Assembly (NCBI GenBank): GCA_038087875.1
Contig: JAXLNO010000073.1
Span: 372,001-436,000, forward strand
Origin: Malacoraja senta
Lineage: Eukaryota
Length of the DNA stretch: 64,000 bases
Direction: 5' to 3'
The position numbers were made by a program, and so were the translations under genes. Of the stretch, positions 40,515 to 54,230 are shown in pieces (position 1 is the stretch's first letter; every line of letters starts with the position of its first letter). The notes beneath the pieces were generated by a model, which searched no databases, had not been told where the DNA came from, and saw only the letters and a program-made list of their open reading frames with translations.

Positions 40515-42888
40515 AAACACAGAAACATAGAATCATAGAAATATAGGTGCAGGGGTCGGTAATTCGGTCCTTCGAGCCAGCACCGCCATTCAATATGATC
40601 ATGGCTGATCTTCTAAAATCAGTACCCCGTTCCTGCTTTTTCCCCATATCCCTTGATTCATTTAGCCCTAAGAGCTAAATCTAACTTTCTCTTGAAAATA
40701 TCCAGAGAATTGGCGTACACTGCCTTCTGCAGCAGAGAATTCCACAGATTCACAACTCTCTGGGTGAAGAGGTTTTTCCTTGTCTCAGTTCCAAATGGCC
40801 TACCCCTTATTTTTAAACTGTGACGCCTGGTTCTGGACTCCACCAACATGGGGAAAATGTTTCCTGCATCGAGCCTTCCAATCCTTTAAGAATTGTATAT
40901 GTTTCTATAAGATGCCCTCTCATCCTTCTAAATCCAGTGAATACAAGCCCAGTCGACCCATTCTTTCATCATATCTCAGTCCCGTCATCCTGGTGAACCT
41001 ACGCTGCACCCTTTCAATAGCAATAATGTCCTTCCTCAAATTATGGGACCAAAATTGCACACAATACTCCAGGTGCGGTCTCACCACTGCAGTAGGACCT
41101 CCTTGTTCCTAAACTCAAATCCTCTGGCAATGAAGGCCAACAAGGCATTAGGTTTCTTCACTGCCTGCTGTACCTGCATGCTTACCTTCAGTGACTGGTG
41201 TACAAGGACACCCAGGTCTTATTGCATTTCCCTTTCCTAATCTGGCACCATTCAGAAAATAATCTGCCTTCCTGTTCTTGCCGCCAAAGTGGACAACCTC
41301 ATATTTATCCACATTATACTGTATCTGCCATGCATCTGGCCACTCACCCAACCTATCCAAGTCACCCTACAGCCTCATAGCATCCTCATCGCAGCTCACA
41401 CTGCTACCCAACTTTGTGTCATCCGCAAACTTGGAGATGTCACCTTTAATTCCCTCGTCTAAATCCTTAATATATATTGTAAATAACTGGGGTCCCAGCA
41501 CCGAGCCTTGTGGGACCCCACAACTCACTGCCTGTCATTCTGAAAAGGACCCGTCAATCCCTACTCTATACTTCCTGTCTGCCAACCAGTTCTCTATCCA
41601 TGTCAATACCCTACCCCCAATATCATCTTCTCTGATGTTGCACACTAATCTCTTGTGTGGGACTATGTCAAATGCGTTTTGAAAGTCCAGGTACACCACA
41701 TCCACTGGCTCTCCCTTATCCATTCTACTTGCTACATCCTCAAAAAATCCCAAAAGATTAGTCAAACATGAATCCCTTCATAAATCCATGCTGACTTTGA
41801 CCGATCCTATCACTGCTTTCCAAATGGGCTGCTGTAACATCTTTAACAATCGACCAGCATCTCCCCCCCCCTACCGATGTAAGGCTAACTGGTCTATAAT
41901 TCCCCGTTTTCTCTCTCCCTCTTTTTTTTAAAAGTATGGTTACATTGGCTACCCTCCAGTCCACATGAACTGATCCAGAGTCAAGAGAACATCGGAACAT
42001 GATCACCAATGCATCCACGATTTCTGGGGCCACATCCTTGAGTACTCTGGAACGCAGACCATCAGGCCCTGGGGATTTATCTGCCTTCAGTCCCAACAGT
42101 TTAGCTAACACCATTTCCTGATTAATATGGATTCCCTTCAGTTCCTCCCATCCACTAGATCCTCGGACCGCCAGTGTTTCTGGGAGATTATTTGTGCCTT
42201 CCTTAGTGCAGCAGAACCAACGTACTCGTTGAACAGTGCTGCCATTTCTTTGTTTACCATTATGAATTCATATGTTTCTGATTGTAAGGGGTCTTCATTA
42301 ATCTTTTCATTTTACATTTCTAACGAAGCTTTTAAAGTCTGTTTTTATATTTCCCACAAGCTTTCTTAATTAACCACTTTGTCCTCCTCTGTTGAGTACT
42401 ACATTTCTGCCAGTCCTCCGGTTTGCTGTGTTTTCTGCACAATTTCAATGCATTTTCCTTGAATTTAACACTATCCTTGATTTCCATCGTTAGCCACGGT
42501 TGAGCCGCCTTCCCCGTTTTATTTTTTGCCAATCAGGGATGAACAATTTTTGGAGTTCATCCATGCGGTCTTTAAATCTTTGCCATTGCATCTCTGCCGT
42601 CAACCCTTAAAGTATAATTTCACAGTCTATCCCAGCCACTTCCCGTCTCATACCTTCATCGTCTCCTTTTTTTAAAGTCCAGGACCCTGGTCTCTGAATT
42701 AACCGTGTCACTCTCCGTCCTAATGCAGAATTCCACCATATTATGATCACTGTTGCCCAAGGGGCCTTGCACACCAAAATCGCTAACTAATCCTTCCTCA
42801 TTACACAATACCCTATCTATGATGGCCTGCCCTCCAGTCGGTTCTTTAAAAAAAATCCCGTATACATTCCACGAAATCCTCCACCTCC
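40515..42888 (-). mobile_element. 5'-truncated CR1 LINE ORF2
   Basis: SDHNMVEF (endonuclease end), KSPGPDG, NYRPVSLTS, VYLDFQNAFD motifs and a TTTCTATG-type tail. Confidence 0.93.
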
Positions 42889-43372
42889 ATGCTGATTCCT
42901 GGGATGTCAGGACTTTCATATGAAGAAAGACTGGATAGACTTGGCTTGTACTCGCTAGAATTTAGGAGATTGAGAGGGGATCTTATAGAAACGTACAAAA
43001 TTCTTATGGGGTTGGACAGGCTAGATGCAGGAAGATTGTTCCCGATGTTGGGGAAGTCCAGGACAAGGGGTCACAGCTTAAGGATAAGGGGGAAATCCTT
43101 TAGGACCGGGATGAGGAAAAACTTTTTCACACAGAGAGTGGTAAATCTCTGGAACTCTCTGCCACAGAGGGTAGTTGACGCCAGTTCATTGGCTATATTT
43201 AAGAGGGAGTTAGATGTGGCCCTTGTGGCTAAAGGGATCAGGGGGTATGGAGAGAAGGCAGGTACGGGATACTGAGTTGGATGATCAGCCATGATCATAT
43301 TGAATGGCGGTGCAGGCTCGAAGGGCCGAATGGCCTACTCCTGCACCTATTTTCTATGTATCTATGTATCCA
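42889..43372 (+). mobile_element. Young CR1 3' fragment
   Basis: Intact ORF2 C-terminus LIPGMSGLSYEERLDRLGLYSLEFRRLRGDLIETYK...GEKAGTGY and tail; closely similar to 7085-7573. Confidence 0.92.
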
Positions 43373-43659
43373 TGCTGCTACCAATTTGGTTGGCCCAATC
43401 TATATGTAGATTAAAGCCACCCATGGTAACTGCAGTACCTTTGCTACACGCATCCCTAATTTCATGCTTGATGCTAACCCCAACCTCCCTACTGCAGTTT
43501 GGTGGTCTGCATACGACTCTAACCAGCGTTTTCTGCCCTTGGCTATGTTCAGGAGCCTGAAAACTGTAACGTCCAGGTTCATGAACTGCTCCTTCCCTTC
43601 AGCTATCTGGCTATTAAACACTGCAGCCTGTAATAAGCTATGAAGGAGAATGTAGAGGC

Positions 43660-44165
43660 TCTGGAGGGGGTCCATAGGTGATTTACATGAATGATCCCAA
43701 GGAATGAGTGGGGTAACGTACGATGAGCGTTCATCGGCACTGGGCCTGTACTCACTGGAGTCTAGAAGAATGAGGGGAGACCTCATTGAAACGCACGGAA
43801 TAGTGAAAGGCCTGGATAGCGTGGATGTGGAGAGGATGTTTCCACCAATGGGAGAGTCGGGGATTAGAGGTCACAGCCTCAGAATGATGGGACGTTCTTC
43901 TAGGGAAGAGATGAGGATAAATTTCTCAAGTCAGAGGGCGGTGAATCTGTGGAATTCTTTGCCACGGAAGGCTGTGGAGGCCACAAGTTAGTGAATATTT
44001 TTAAGGCAGACATAGATAGATTCTCGATTCGTGCGGCTGTCAGGGGCTATGGGGAGAAAGCAGAAGAATGGGGTTGGGAGGGAGAGATAGATCAGCCGTG
44101 ATTGAACGGCGGAGTAGACTTGATCGGCCGAATGACCTAATTCTACTCCTATCACATGATCTTAT
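43660..44165 (+). mobile_element. CR1 3' fragment
   Basis: ORF 43704-43991 encodes the CR1 ORF2 C-terminus. Confidence 0.85.
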
Positions 44166-44254
44166 GATCATGATCTTATATATATATATATATATATATT
44201 TATTAGATCATAAGATCATGCGATAGGATAGGTACAAATAATGTATAAGCCAAG

Positions 44255-44737
44255 TATGTAAGGACATACAAAGAATTTGATTTGCCATACAGTCATACCA
44301 AACACCACAGCGCACTGTGATGGAAGGTAATAACGTATTATCTTCTTCCCTCCTTTTCTCCCGCGGTCGGGGCAGTAGAAACATCTGCAGTCGGGGCGAT
44401 CGAAGCTCCCGCAGCCGGCGATCAAATCTCCCGCGATCGGGGCAATCAAAGCTCCCGCGAACGGGGCAATCGAAGCTCCCGCGATTGGGCCGATCGAAGC
44501 TCCCGAGTCGGGGGGGTCGAAGCTCCCGTTATCGGGGCGGTCGATGCTCCTGCGGCTGTAGCTGCTGAAGTCAATCTCTAACCAAGGGACCGCGAGTTCC
44601 ACGAAGTTAAATCCGCAAGCTCCCGAGGTTGGAGCTCCCGAAGTGTTGATCTCCAGTAAAAGGACCGCTAGCTCCACGATGTTAGGCCGCAGTGCGGATG
44701 CAGATACGATACGGAAAAAGTCGCATCTCCGTCGAGG
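44255..44737 (-). mobile_element. GC-rich retroposon (copy D, 5'-truncated, same subfamily as 16841-17550)
   Basis: About seven CGATCGAAGCTCCCG-type repeats and GTTAGGCCGCAGTGCGGA...GATACGATACGGAAAAA, shared with copy C. Confidence 0.75.
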
Positions 44738-45284
44738 ATATGTATATATACATATATGTATATGTGCGTACATGTGCGTAAATATATACGCATATATATA
44801 TTTACGCACATAGGTACACATCAAAAACAAACAAACAATAATACTGCAATTATTGCAATATATATATTTTTGCGCGTGTCTGAGAGTATGCGTATATATA
44901 TATACATAAACTGAATCTTTTTCTCGTTTATTATGTTCTATACACTGTACTCTGTTTCCATATTCTGGTGTGCTGCTGCAAGTACGAATTTAATTGTTCT
45001 AACTTTAATAAAACTATCTTGACTGGAAAAAATAACCATATCTCGCTAGCCTTTATGCTGTAATATTCCTCCATCGTAAGTAATAGAAGGCGAAATTACA
45101 CGAAATATGGCGAAAGCCCAACAAAACTGAACAACAGAGAGACACTAAATGCTGGAACTACTCAGCGGGTCAGGCAGCACAAATTGCTGGTATAACACAA
45201 CTGAAACATTGTGGGTGAATTTGGCAAATTGCGTTTCCATCCGGTTATTGATTCCATTGTATTACTCTCATCTATACGCAAGAA

Positions 45285-45745
45285 ATGCAGCGAATTGTGG
45301 AAGCAACCAAGACCATCACACAAACAAAACTCTCCCTTCCATTGACTCCATTTATACCTCGCCCTGCCTCACCCTGCCTCACCCTGCCACCACCCTGGCA
45401 ACTCCGTCTTCTCCCCTCTCCCATCGGGCGAAATTTACAGAAGTGTGAAAACGCACACCTCCAGATTCAGGGACAGTTTCTTCCCAGCTGTTATCAGGCA
45501 ACTGAACCGTCCTTCCACAACCACAGAGCAATGCTGAACAACTATATACCTCAATGGTGACCCTCGCACTATCCCTGATCGGACTTTGTTGGCTTTACCT
45601 TGCGCCAAACGTTATTCCATTGCCATGTATCTGTACGCTGTGGACGGCTCGATTGTAATCATGTTTTGTCTTTCCCCTGACTGGTTAGCGCGCAACAAAA
45701 ACTTTTCACTGTACCTCACTACACGTGACAATAAACTAAACTAAC
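45285..45745 (+). mobile_element. Rex1/Babar LINE 3' fragment
   Basis: QRIV..TKTITQT, LPSIDSIYTS, HHPGNSVFSPLPSG..YRSVKTHTSRFRDSFFPAVIRQLN, tail TTTTCACTGTACCTC...CACGTGACAATAAACTAAAC. Confidence 0.8.
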
Positions 45746-45869
45746 TAACAACCAGAGACATGAACCCAATCAACGAGTAAAAGAACATACAATAAAATGC
45801 AGGGTTTGCTTTCACTATACGAGCCATTGTTACAGGCGATGGAACCGGCTGGGTTATTTCATCTAGCGT

Positions 45870-46292
45870 GTACAAAATGGAATTTAGAAGGTTGATATGG
45901 GGATCATATAACATTCTTAAGGGATTGCACACGCTAGATGCAGGAAATTGTTTCCCCATGTTGGGCAAATCCAGAACCAGGGGTCACAGTTTAAGAATAA
46001 GGGGTAGGCCATTTAAGACTAAGATGAGGACAAACATTTTCACCCAGAAAGTTGTGAATCTGTGGAATTCTCTACCGCAGAAGGCAGTAGAGGCTGGTTC
46101 GCTAGATGTGTTCAAGCGAGAATTAAATATAGCTCTTCGGGCTAAAGGAATCAAGGGATATGGGGAGAAAGCAGGAACACGGTACTGATTCTGAATTATC
46201 AGCCATGATCATATTGAATGGCGGAGCTGGCTCGATGGGCCGAATGGTCCATACCTGCACCTATTTTCTACGTTTCTATGTTTCTATGTTTC
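45870..46292 (+). mobile_element. CR1 3' fragment
   Basis: ORF 45868-46188 peptide and (TTTCTATG)n tail. Confidence 0.87.
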
Positions 46293-47424
46293 TAAAACGA
46301 ACACACATGTCGAATTTCTAGACTACGTCATCATAACAAAATATTTCATTTACTCGAGCAAATCACAAATCTCGAGAGGAAGGGAATAGATCCGGTAGAA
46401 GTACAGAGTCTCTTGTCAGAGTCGGGGAATCGAGAACCTGAGGACAGAGGTTTAAGATGAAGAGCGAAAGATATAATTGGAACAAGAGGGGTAACATTTC
46501 CACACAGGGTGGGTGCATGGAACGAGCTGCCAGATGAGGTATTTGAGTCAGGGATATCGCAACGTTTAAGAAACATTTGGACAGGTACATGGATTGGAAA
46601 GGTTTGGAGAGATATGGATCAAGCAGGTGGGGCTAGTGGGACCAGTGGATACGGGACATGTTAGTCCGTGTGGGCACGTTGAGCCGAAGGGGCTGTTTCT
46701 ACGCTGTACCATAGAGTCACAGAGTGTTACAGCATGGAACAGGCTCTTCGGCCCAACGTGCCCACACCGACCAACATGTCCCATCTACACTAGTCCCACC
46801 TACCTGCGGTTGGTCCATGTCCCTCCAAATATGTCCTATCCACGTACCTGTCTAACAGTTTCTTAAACGTTTGTGATAGTCCCTGCCTCACCTACCTCCT
46901 CCGACAGCTTGTTCCATACACCCACCACCCTTGTGTGAAATAAATTCCCCTCGGATTCCTATTAAATCTTTTCTCCTTCACCTTGAACGTATGTCCTCTG
47001 GTCCTCGATTCCCCTACCCTGGGCAAGAGACTCTGTGCTTCTACCCGATCTACCCGTGATTTTATACACCTCTATAAGATCTCCCCTGATGTCCCTGCGC
47101 TCGAAGGATTAGAGAACCAGCCTACTCAACCTCTCCCTGTAGCTCAGATCCCCTAGTCCTGGCAACATCCACGTAATTCACTCTATGAATCAGCGGGTCA
47201 GGCATCATACGTGATGGGAATGGCTAGGCGGTGTTTCAGGTAGTGACGCCTCTTCAGACTCTTAAGTTATTTTGCTTAATGTTTCCACTCACAATACCTG
47301 TCACGGTCACGGCGGCACTCGGTGACGTGACAAAGGTCTCAGGAAATTGTGCAGAAACCGTTTTAGTTGGGTAGAACCTATATGTCTAGAACGTGAAAGG
47401 GCGGGTACTGTATGGTGATGTTGC

Positions 47425-47960
47425 AGATAGACACAAAATGCTGGAATGACTCAGCCGGTCCGACAGCATCTCTGGAGAAAAGGAATAGGTCACGCTTCGG
47501 GTCGAGACCCTTCTAGAGACTGAGGGTCATGGGAGAGAGAAACGAGAGGTATAGACGGTGGTAATGAGAGATACAGAACAGATGAATGAAAGATCCGCAA
47601 AAAAAGTAACGATGATAAAGGAAACAGGCCATTGTTAGCTGTAGACTTGGTGAAAACGAGTTACAGTGAGACTCAACAAGACAACTTTGACACTAGTACA
47701 ACGACTCGGGTTGGGGAGGAATGGAGAGAGAGGGGATGCAAGGGTTTCTTGTATATCTGAAGTTAGAGAAATCAATATTCATTCCGCAGGGATTTAAGCT
47801 GCCCAAGCAAAATATGAAGTGCTGTTCCACCATTTTGCGTTCGGCCACACTTTGAACAAATGGAGGAACAGGACAGAAAGGTCTTCGTGGGGATGGGAGA
47901 GGGTGTTAAAGTGCTTGGCAACCGGGAGATCAGGTAGGTCCAGGTGGACGGAGCGTGGCT
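47425..47960 (-). mobile_element. Penelope-like 3' fragment with terminal unit
   Basis: Degenerate ...EQHFIFCLGSL coding end followed by the pyrimidine-rich UTR and hammerhead-like unit. Confidence 0.7.
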
Positions 47961-50900
47961 GTTAAAGCCCAATGAACTAAAGGTGATAATTTCGAATCGT
48001 AGATGAATGATGGAGGCGAGTGTACAGTTAAGGCCTGTTTATAAGACTCTTACTTAGGAATCCACACTCTTTGGAATAAAGTTTGAAAATTTTAGCACCA
48101 GCATTATTGTAAAGCAGCCGGATAAGAGATTGATAACAGCAGGTTGTCACCAGCGAATGTTGGTCCATGTTTCGTCGCGTTTTGCATCTATTGTGTATTT
48201 AAAACGGCTTTTGTTCTACGCCCTATTCAGTTAAGTCACAGAATCATAGAGTGATATAGCGTGGACCTTCGACCCAACGTCCACACCGGCCAACATGCCC
48301 CAGCTACACTAGCCCCACCTGCCCGCATTTGGCCCATATCCCTCGAAACCTGTCCTATCCATGTATCTGTCTAATTGTTTCTTAAATGTTGGGATAGTCC
48401 CTGCCTCAACTATCTCCTCCGGCAGCTTGTTCCATACACCCACCACCCTCTGTGTGAAAAAGTTACTCCCCAGATTCCTATTAAATATTTTCCCCTTGAC
48501 CTTGAACCTATGACCTCTGGTCCTCGATTCCCCTACTCTGGGTAAGAGACTGTGTATCTACCCGATCTAAGCCTCACATGATTTTATACGCCTTTATAAG
48601 ATTACCCCTCATCCTCCTGCGCTCCGAGGAATGGAATCCCAGCCTACTCAACCTCTCCCTGTACTTCAGTCCCTCTAGACCTCGTAAATCTTCTCTGCAC
48701 CCTTTCCAGCTTGACAACATCTTTCCTCTAACATGGTGCCCAGAACTAAGGCAATAATCCAAACGCGGCCTCACCAACGTCTTTTACAACTGCAACATGA
48801 CCTCCAAACTTCTGTACACAATATTCTGACTGATGAAGGCCAATGTGCCAAATGCCATTTTGACCACAATTGCAGGTAGTTTTAAAGATATGCGGCAATA
48901 ATATTAAATGGTAAAATGTATTAGGACTGGAGACATCAATAATATCTTAGTTTCATGCAATCGGTCGCGCCAAATATGTTTACTCACTGCACCAAATATT
49001 AATACCAGTCTTATTTGACATTTTTAATAGACGGCGAATCGTGAACGATAAAGTGGCTTGAAGTGAGTGCCTTCTCCAAACGATCTTAACATGATTTTTC
49101 CGTTTTACCCTTTGTAAGCAGCGTGTGTGGATGTATGTGTATCCACATCCACTCTATCCAAGCCTTTCACCATTAGTTCAATACAATAAATTAGTTGATG
49201 TAAAGACGGCTGGAGTCTGAGGATTATTTTACTCATTTCACTGATTGCGGTGGAGGGGCGAAGACGTCAGTACATGTTTCACCGTTTCCGTGATCGTGGG
49301 CGTCAGGCGGTGCAGAATTCAACAACTGAATGGCGAGCGGGAAGATAATGTTGTAGATTCAGAGATACCCTGATGCAGGGAAATAACAAATTAGAGAAAA
49401 CTTGGCCAGGACAAAATGGAGTCCATGGAACGGGGAGTTTTGTTTGTGTGATGGTCTGGGATGAATCGATTCACTCGGCTGCTATTGGTATTTTTTACGG
49501 GAGGATCCGGGCTCATAAATTGCCCCAATTTCCCGGCCCCAATACACTCAGTAGACTCGTGCATGACTTTGTGTGTCAGGATTAAACCAGAGCTCACAGG
49601 CTCTGCCCGAGCCAATTTCATTGCACCTTTTTGTGGGGTTAGGTCCGTGCTCGAGGTGTCGATTGAAAAAGACCATGCGGTGTCCATGTTCCGGGACCGC
49701 TGGGCATCGCGGGGGATTGACTCAATCCTGGATCAAGATTGTAATATAGTAAAATGATGTTTAGTAATAATAATACCTGGGAATGTTGTATTATGGCAGC
49801 AAATGTTTAGTTATTGTTTGTTGTGTAAATATTATTGGAAACATAGAAACGTAGAAAATAGGTGCAGGAGTACGCCGTTCGGCCCTTCGATCCTTCAAAA
49901 TGATCATGGCTGATGATTCAAACTCAGTACACCGCCCCTGCTTTCTTCCCATATCTCTTGATTTCGTTAGCCCAAAGAGCTAAACCTAACTCTCTCCTGA
50001 ATATATCCAGTGAATTGGTCTCCACTGCCTTCTGTGGGAGAGAATTCCACAGATTCACAACTCTCTGGGTGAAATTTTCCTCATTTCATTCTTAAATGGC
50101 CGACCCCTGATTTATAAACGATGAGCCCTGGTTCTGGACTCCGCCAACATCGGGACCATTTTTGCTGTGTCCAGCCTGTCCAATCCCTTAAGAATTTTAT
50201 ATGTTTCTATAAATTTCCCTCTCATCCTAAATTCCAGTGAACACTGTAAATAATTGTATTTGCCAATAATTATAAACAATTAAATACATTTTACTTTGTT
50301 AAGTAATAAAATACTTGTGACGTTTAACCGGAAGCTGTCCGGACTTAAATACAAAATGTATATTGAGCGTCGTAATAGCATCATACAATCCTTTGCAGAA
50401 TGCACTGATCCATCAGTAAAATAACTGGCAAAAATGAAGGAACAGCTTCTCATATTTCGCTTGGGCAACTTATGGCCCCTGGTATCATTATTGATTATTC
50501 TCACTTCAGGTAGCCCCGCCATTCCCCCTCTCTCCGTCCCTACCCCACTCAAGTCGCACCAGCTTCTCGTTGTCACCCAACAAACATCCTGTTTCCTTTA
50601 CCATCGTTTCTTTTTTGCATATCTTCCGTTCATTGTTCTGTATCTCTCTACACCATTGTCTATATCTCTTGTTTCCCTTAATCCTAACCAGTCTGAAGAA
50701 GGGTCTCAACCCGAAACATCACCCATCCCTTCTCTCCAGAGATGCTGCCTGTCCCACTGAGTTACTCCAGCGTTTTGTGTCTATCTTACGACCATGTATT
50801 TGCTGTTGCCAAATAATTGTCTCGACCCGAACCGTCAGCCATTCATTGTCTCCAGATTTGCTGCCTGTCCCGCTGAGTTACTCCAGCTATTTGTATCTAT

Positions 50901-51909
50901 TTTACGACCATGTCTTTGCTGTTTCCAAATTATCTCGCCTTGGGACAGAAATAATTAGGCTACACCTTGAGCTAAAATTATAACACTATGTTTTCCCGGG
51001 TATGAAATTAGTTAACGTAACGTCGGTTGGAATCTGAGGATTCTCTTGTTCATTTCGCCGGTGAGAAAAGACCAGCGAGTGTCTGCTCCCCTGTTTCACT
51101 GATCGTGGGCTCAGGCGGGCAGAATGGCAAGCGGGAAGATCATGTGGTATATTCAGATTGTGCAGGAAGGAACTGCAGATGCTGGTTTGAACGGAAGATA
51201 GACACAAAATGCTAGAGTAACTCAGCGGGACAGGCAGCATCTCTGGAGAGAAGGAATGGATGTCGTTCGGGGTCGAGACCATTCTTCAGACTGCGAAATA
51301 TATACTATGAGACTACAGAATGTGGCACCCATCTTAGCTTAGTAATGCTTCTTCTGGATGCAAGTGACCGAATGAGCCTTGTTCACTTGTAACCAATACA
51401 TATCTCTACCCTCCAAGGCGTGTTGCAATCACGGGCAATTGGGGAAAGGGTACAGAGAAGATTTAAGAATAAGGGGTAAGCCGTTTAGAACGGAGATGAG
51501 GAAACACTTTTTCACACAGAGAGTAGTGAATCTGTGAAATTCTCTGTCTCAGAGGGCGGTGGAGGCCGGTTCGCTGGATACTTTCAAGAGAGAACTAGAT
51601 AGGGCTCTTAAAGATAGCGGAGTCAGGGGATTTGGGGAGAAGGCAGGAACGGGGTACTGATTGGGGATGATCATCCATGATCAAATTAAATGGCGGTGCT
51701 GGCTTGAAGGGCCGTATGACCTACTCCTGCACCTATTGTCTACTTACGAGGATGTTGCCTGGACTAGATGGTGTGAGCTACACGGAGGGGTTTTATAGGC
51801 TGTGACTTTATTCCTTGGAGCGCAGGAGGATGAGGGGTGATCTTATAGAGGAATCATGAGAGGAATAGATCGGGTAGATGCATTCTTGCCCAGAGTAGGT
51901 GAATCGAGG

Positions 51910-52520
51910 ATAGACACAAAATGTTGGGGTAACTCAGAGGGTCAGGCAGCATCTCTGCAGAGAAGGAATGGGTAACGTTTCGGGTCGAGACCCTTCCTCA
52001 GACTGACAGGGTGCGGGAGATAGATAGATAAGGACGGTTATGGTGTGAACATGGGACAAAGGGAATGGAGATCAAGCAAAATGTAGAATAGAACATTGTT
52101 AGCTGGAAGAAGGTAAAAACAACCAAACAAGCAGAGATAAAAGGTAGTCGGAGACAGTAAGACTGGTGGCAGAACTGGGGGGGGGTGGAGAGAGAGAGAA
52201 AGCAAGGGTTTCTTGAAGTTAGAGAAGTCAATGTTCATACCACTGGGGTGTAAGCTGCCCAAAGCGAAATATGAGGTGCTGTTCCTCAATTTGCGCTGGG
52301 CCTCACTCTGACAGTGGAGGAGGCCCAGGACAGAAAGGTCAGTGTTGGAATGGGAGTGGGAGTTAACGTGTTTGGTAACCGGGAGATCAGGTAGGTCCAG
52401 GCGGGGTGAGTGAAGGTGTTCAGCGAAAAGATCGCCGAGCCTGCGCTTGGTCTCGCGGATGTACAGGAGTCCACATCTGGAACAGCGGATACAGTAGATG
52501 AGGTTGGAAGAGGAGTAAAG
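51910..52520 (-). mobile_element. Penelope-like 3' fragment (GIY-YIG to terminal repeat) with intact hammerhead core
   Basis: Minus strand: SSNLIYCIRCSRCGLLYIRETKRRLG...HPSGMNIDFSNFK, then CTGAGGAAGGGTCTCGACCCGAAACGTT (51974-52001). Confidence 0.85.
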
Positions 52521-53237
52521 GAAGCCCTTTCTTCACAGGCACCTCCTCCAAGCTCATCTACTGCATCCGCTGTTCTTACTTGTCACCAAGTAATATCACT
52601 ACCCCCGGAGGTTTGTTATAGTAATTGGCAAGTCTCTTGATTTAAAATAAAATAAACGCGAATTAACTTATCTTACTAAGAAGTCGATAACAATCGGCAA
52701 AGAAATAATGCTGAAGCGAAGATAATGTATCTGATTGATATTATTTGGCCATAAATATGCAATATAAATCACCTTACATAGTTACTTCTGGTAGAGTTGC
52801 TGTCTTGCAGCGCTTAGAGCTCTTACAGCGCTAGAGACCCGGGTCCGATCCCGACTACGGGTGCTGGGCTGTACGGAGTTGGTACGTTCTCCACGGTGAC
52901 CGCGTGGGTTTTCTCCCGCCGCTCCGGTTTCTAACCACACTCCAAAGACGGACAGGTTTGTGGGTTAATTGGCTTGGCATCAATGTAAAATTGGCTCTAG
53001 TGTGCGTAGGATTGTGTTAATTTGCGGGGGTCGCTGGTCAGTGCGGGTACGATGGGCCGAAGGGCCTGTTTCCAAGCCCTTAACAATCTTATATGTTTCA
53101 ATAAGATCCCCTCTCATCCTCCTAAACTCCAGAGTGTACAAGCCCAGCTGCTCCATTCTCTCAGCATATGACAGTCCCGCCATCCCGGGAATTAACCTTG
53201 TAAACCTACGCTGCACTCCCTCAATAGCAAGAATGTC

Positions 53238-53437
53238 NNNNNNNNNNNNNNNNNNNNNNNNNNNNNNNNNNNNNNNNNNNNNNNNNNNNNNNNNNNNNNN
53301 NNNNNNNNNNNNNNNNNNNNNNNNNNNNNNNNNNNNNNNNNNNNNNNNNNNNNNNNNNNNNNNNNNNNNNNNNNNNNNNNNNNNNNNNNNNNNNNNNNNN
53401 NNNNNNNNNNNNNNNNNNNNNNNNNNNNNNNNNNNNN
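53238..53437. other. Assembly gap (200 N)
   Basis: Run of n; a round fixed length suggests a placeholder of unknown true size. Confidence 0.98.
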
Positions 53438-53716
53438 TCTGGCAGCAGATGGCTACAAAGCGGTCGAAGGTGACACAGGCGACTGTTAACCAAATAGAAC
53501 TGTCCTTGGCGGCATAAATTATGACCGTTTTGAGACTGCACAGCGGCGTGATGGAGAGGAAGCTGGCGGGGAAATATACTCCGATTATCCGGCTCAGGAC
53601 AACGCTGGTGAGAACGACCAGCAGATCCGCTGCTGACATCGACAGCAGGTAACGGGTGATACAGGCGGAGAGACCGCACTTTCCTCGGGACAGGACCGCA
53701 ATTGCCATCGCGTTCA
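53438..53716 (-). CDS. GPR139/GPR142-like GPCR 2, exon 2 (TM1-TM3; remainder lost in gap)
   Basis: Acceptor CTTCCTCCCTCCAG| then an open frame VNAMAIAVLSRGKCGLSACITRYLLSMSAADLLVV...CSLKTVIIYAAKDSSIWLTVACVTFDRFVAICCQ with an intact DRF motif. Confidence 0.88.
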
Positions 53717-53744
53717 CTGGAGGGAGGAAGGGCAGCGGTTAACA

Positions 53745-54067
53745 GGGGCGGCAGGGAGGCGCAGAGGGAGAGTTGCTGCCTCACAGCGCAAGAGACCCGG
53801 ATTCGATCCAGACCACGGGCGCTTGTCTGCACGGAGTTTGTACGTTCTCCCCGTGAACTGCGTGGGTTATCGCCGGGATCTCCGGTTTTCCTCCCACTCT
53901 CCAAAGACGTACTGTTTGTACATTAATTGACGTGGTGTAATTGTAAATTGTCCCTAGTGTGTCTGGTGTAGAGTTAGTATGCGGGGATCGCTGATCAGCG
54001 CGGACTCGGTGGGCCGAAGGGCCTGTCTCCGCGCTGTATTTCGCAAACTAAACTAAACTAAACTAAA
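53745..54067 (+). mobile_element. HE1-like V-SINE in GPCR2 intron
   Basis: Full head, core and (AAACT)n tail. Confidence 0.85.
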
Positions 54068-54230
54068 GAATAACTCACTTTGCAAGGCAAGCGTTTACGT
54101 TACTGATTAGGGTGACGGTTTAACTAGTGGATATCTAGCGGTCGTCTATGCAGGTGCAAACCGAAAATAGACACAAAAAGCTGGAGTAACTCAGCGGGTC
54201 AGACTGCCTCTCTGGAGAAAAGGAATAGGT

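Noticed and set aside
52980..53717. Apparent GPCR-CR1 fusion ORF of 245 aa
   Set aside because: Artefact of translating through the 200-N gap.
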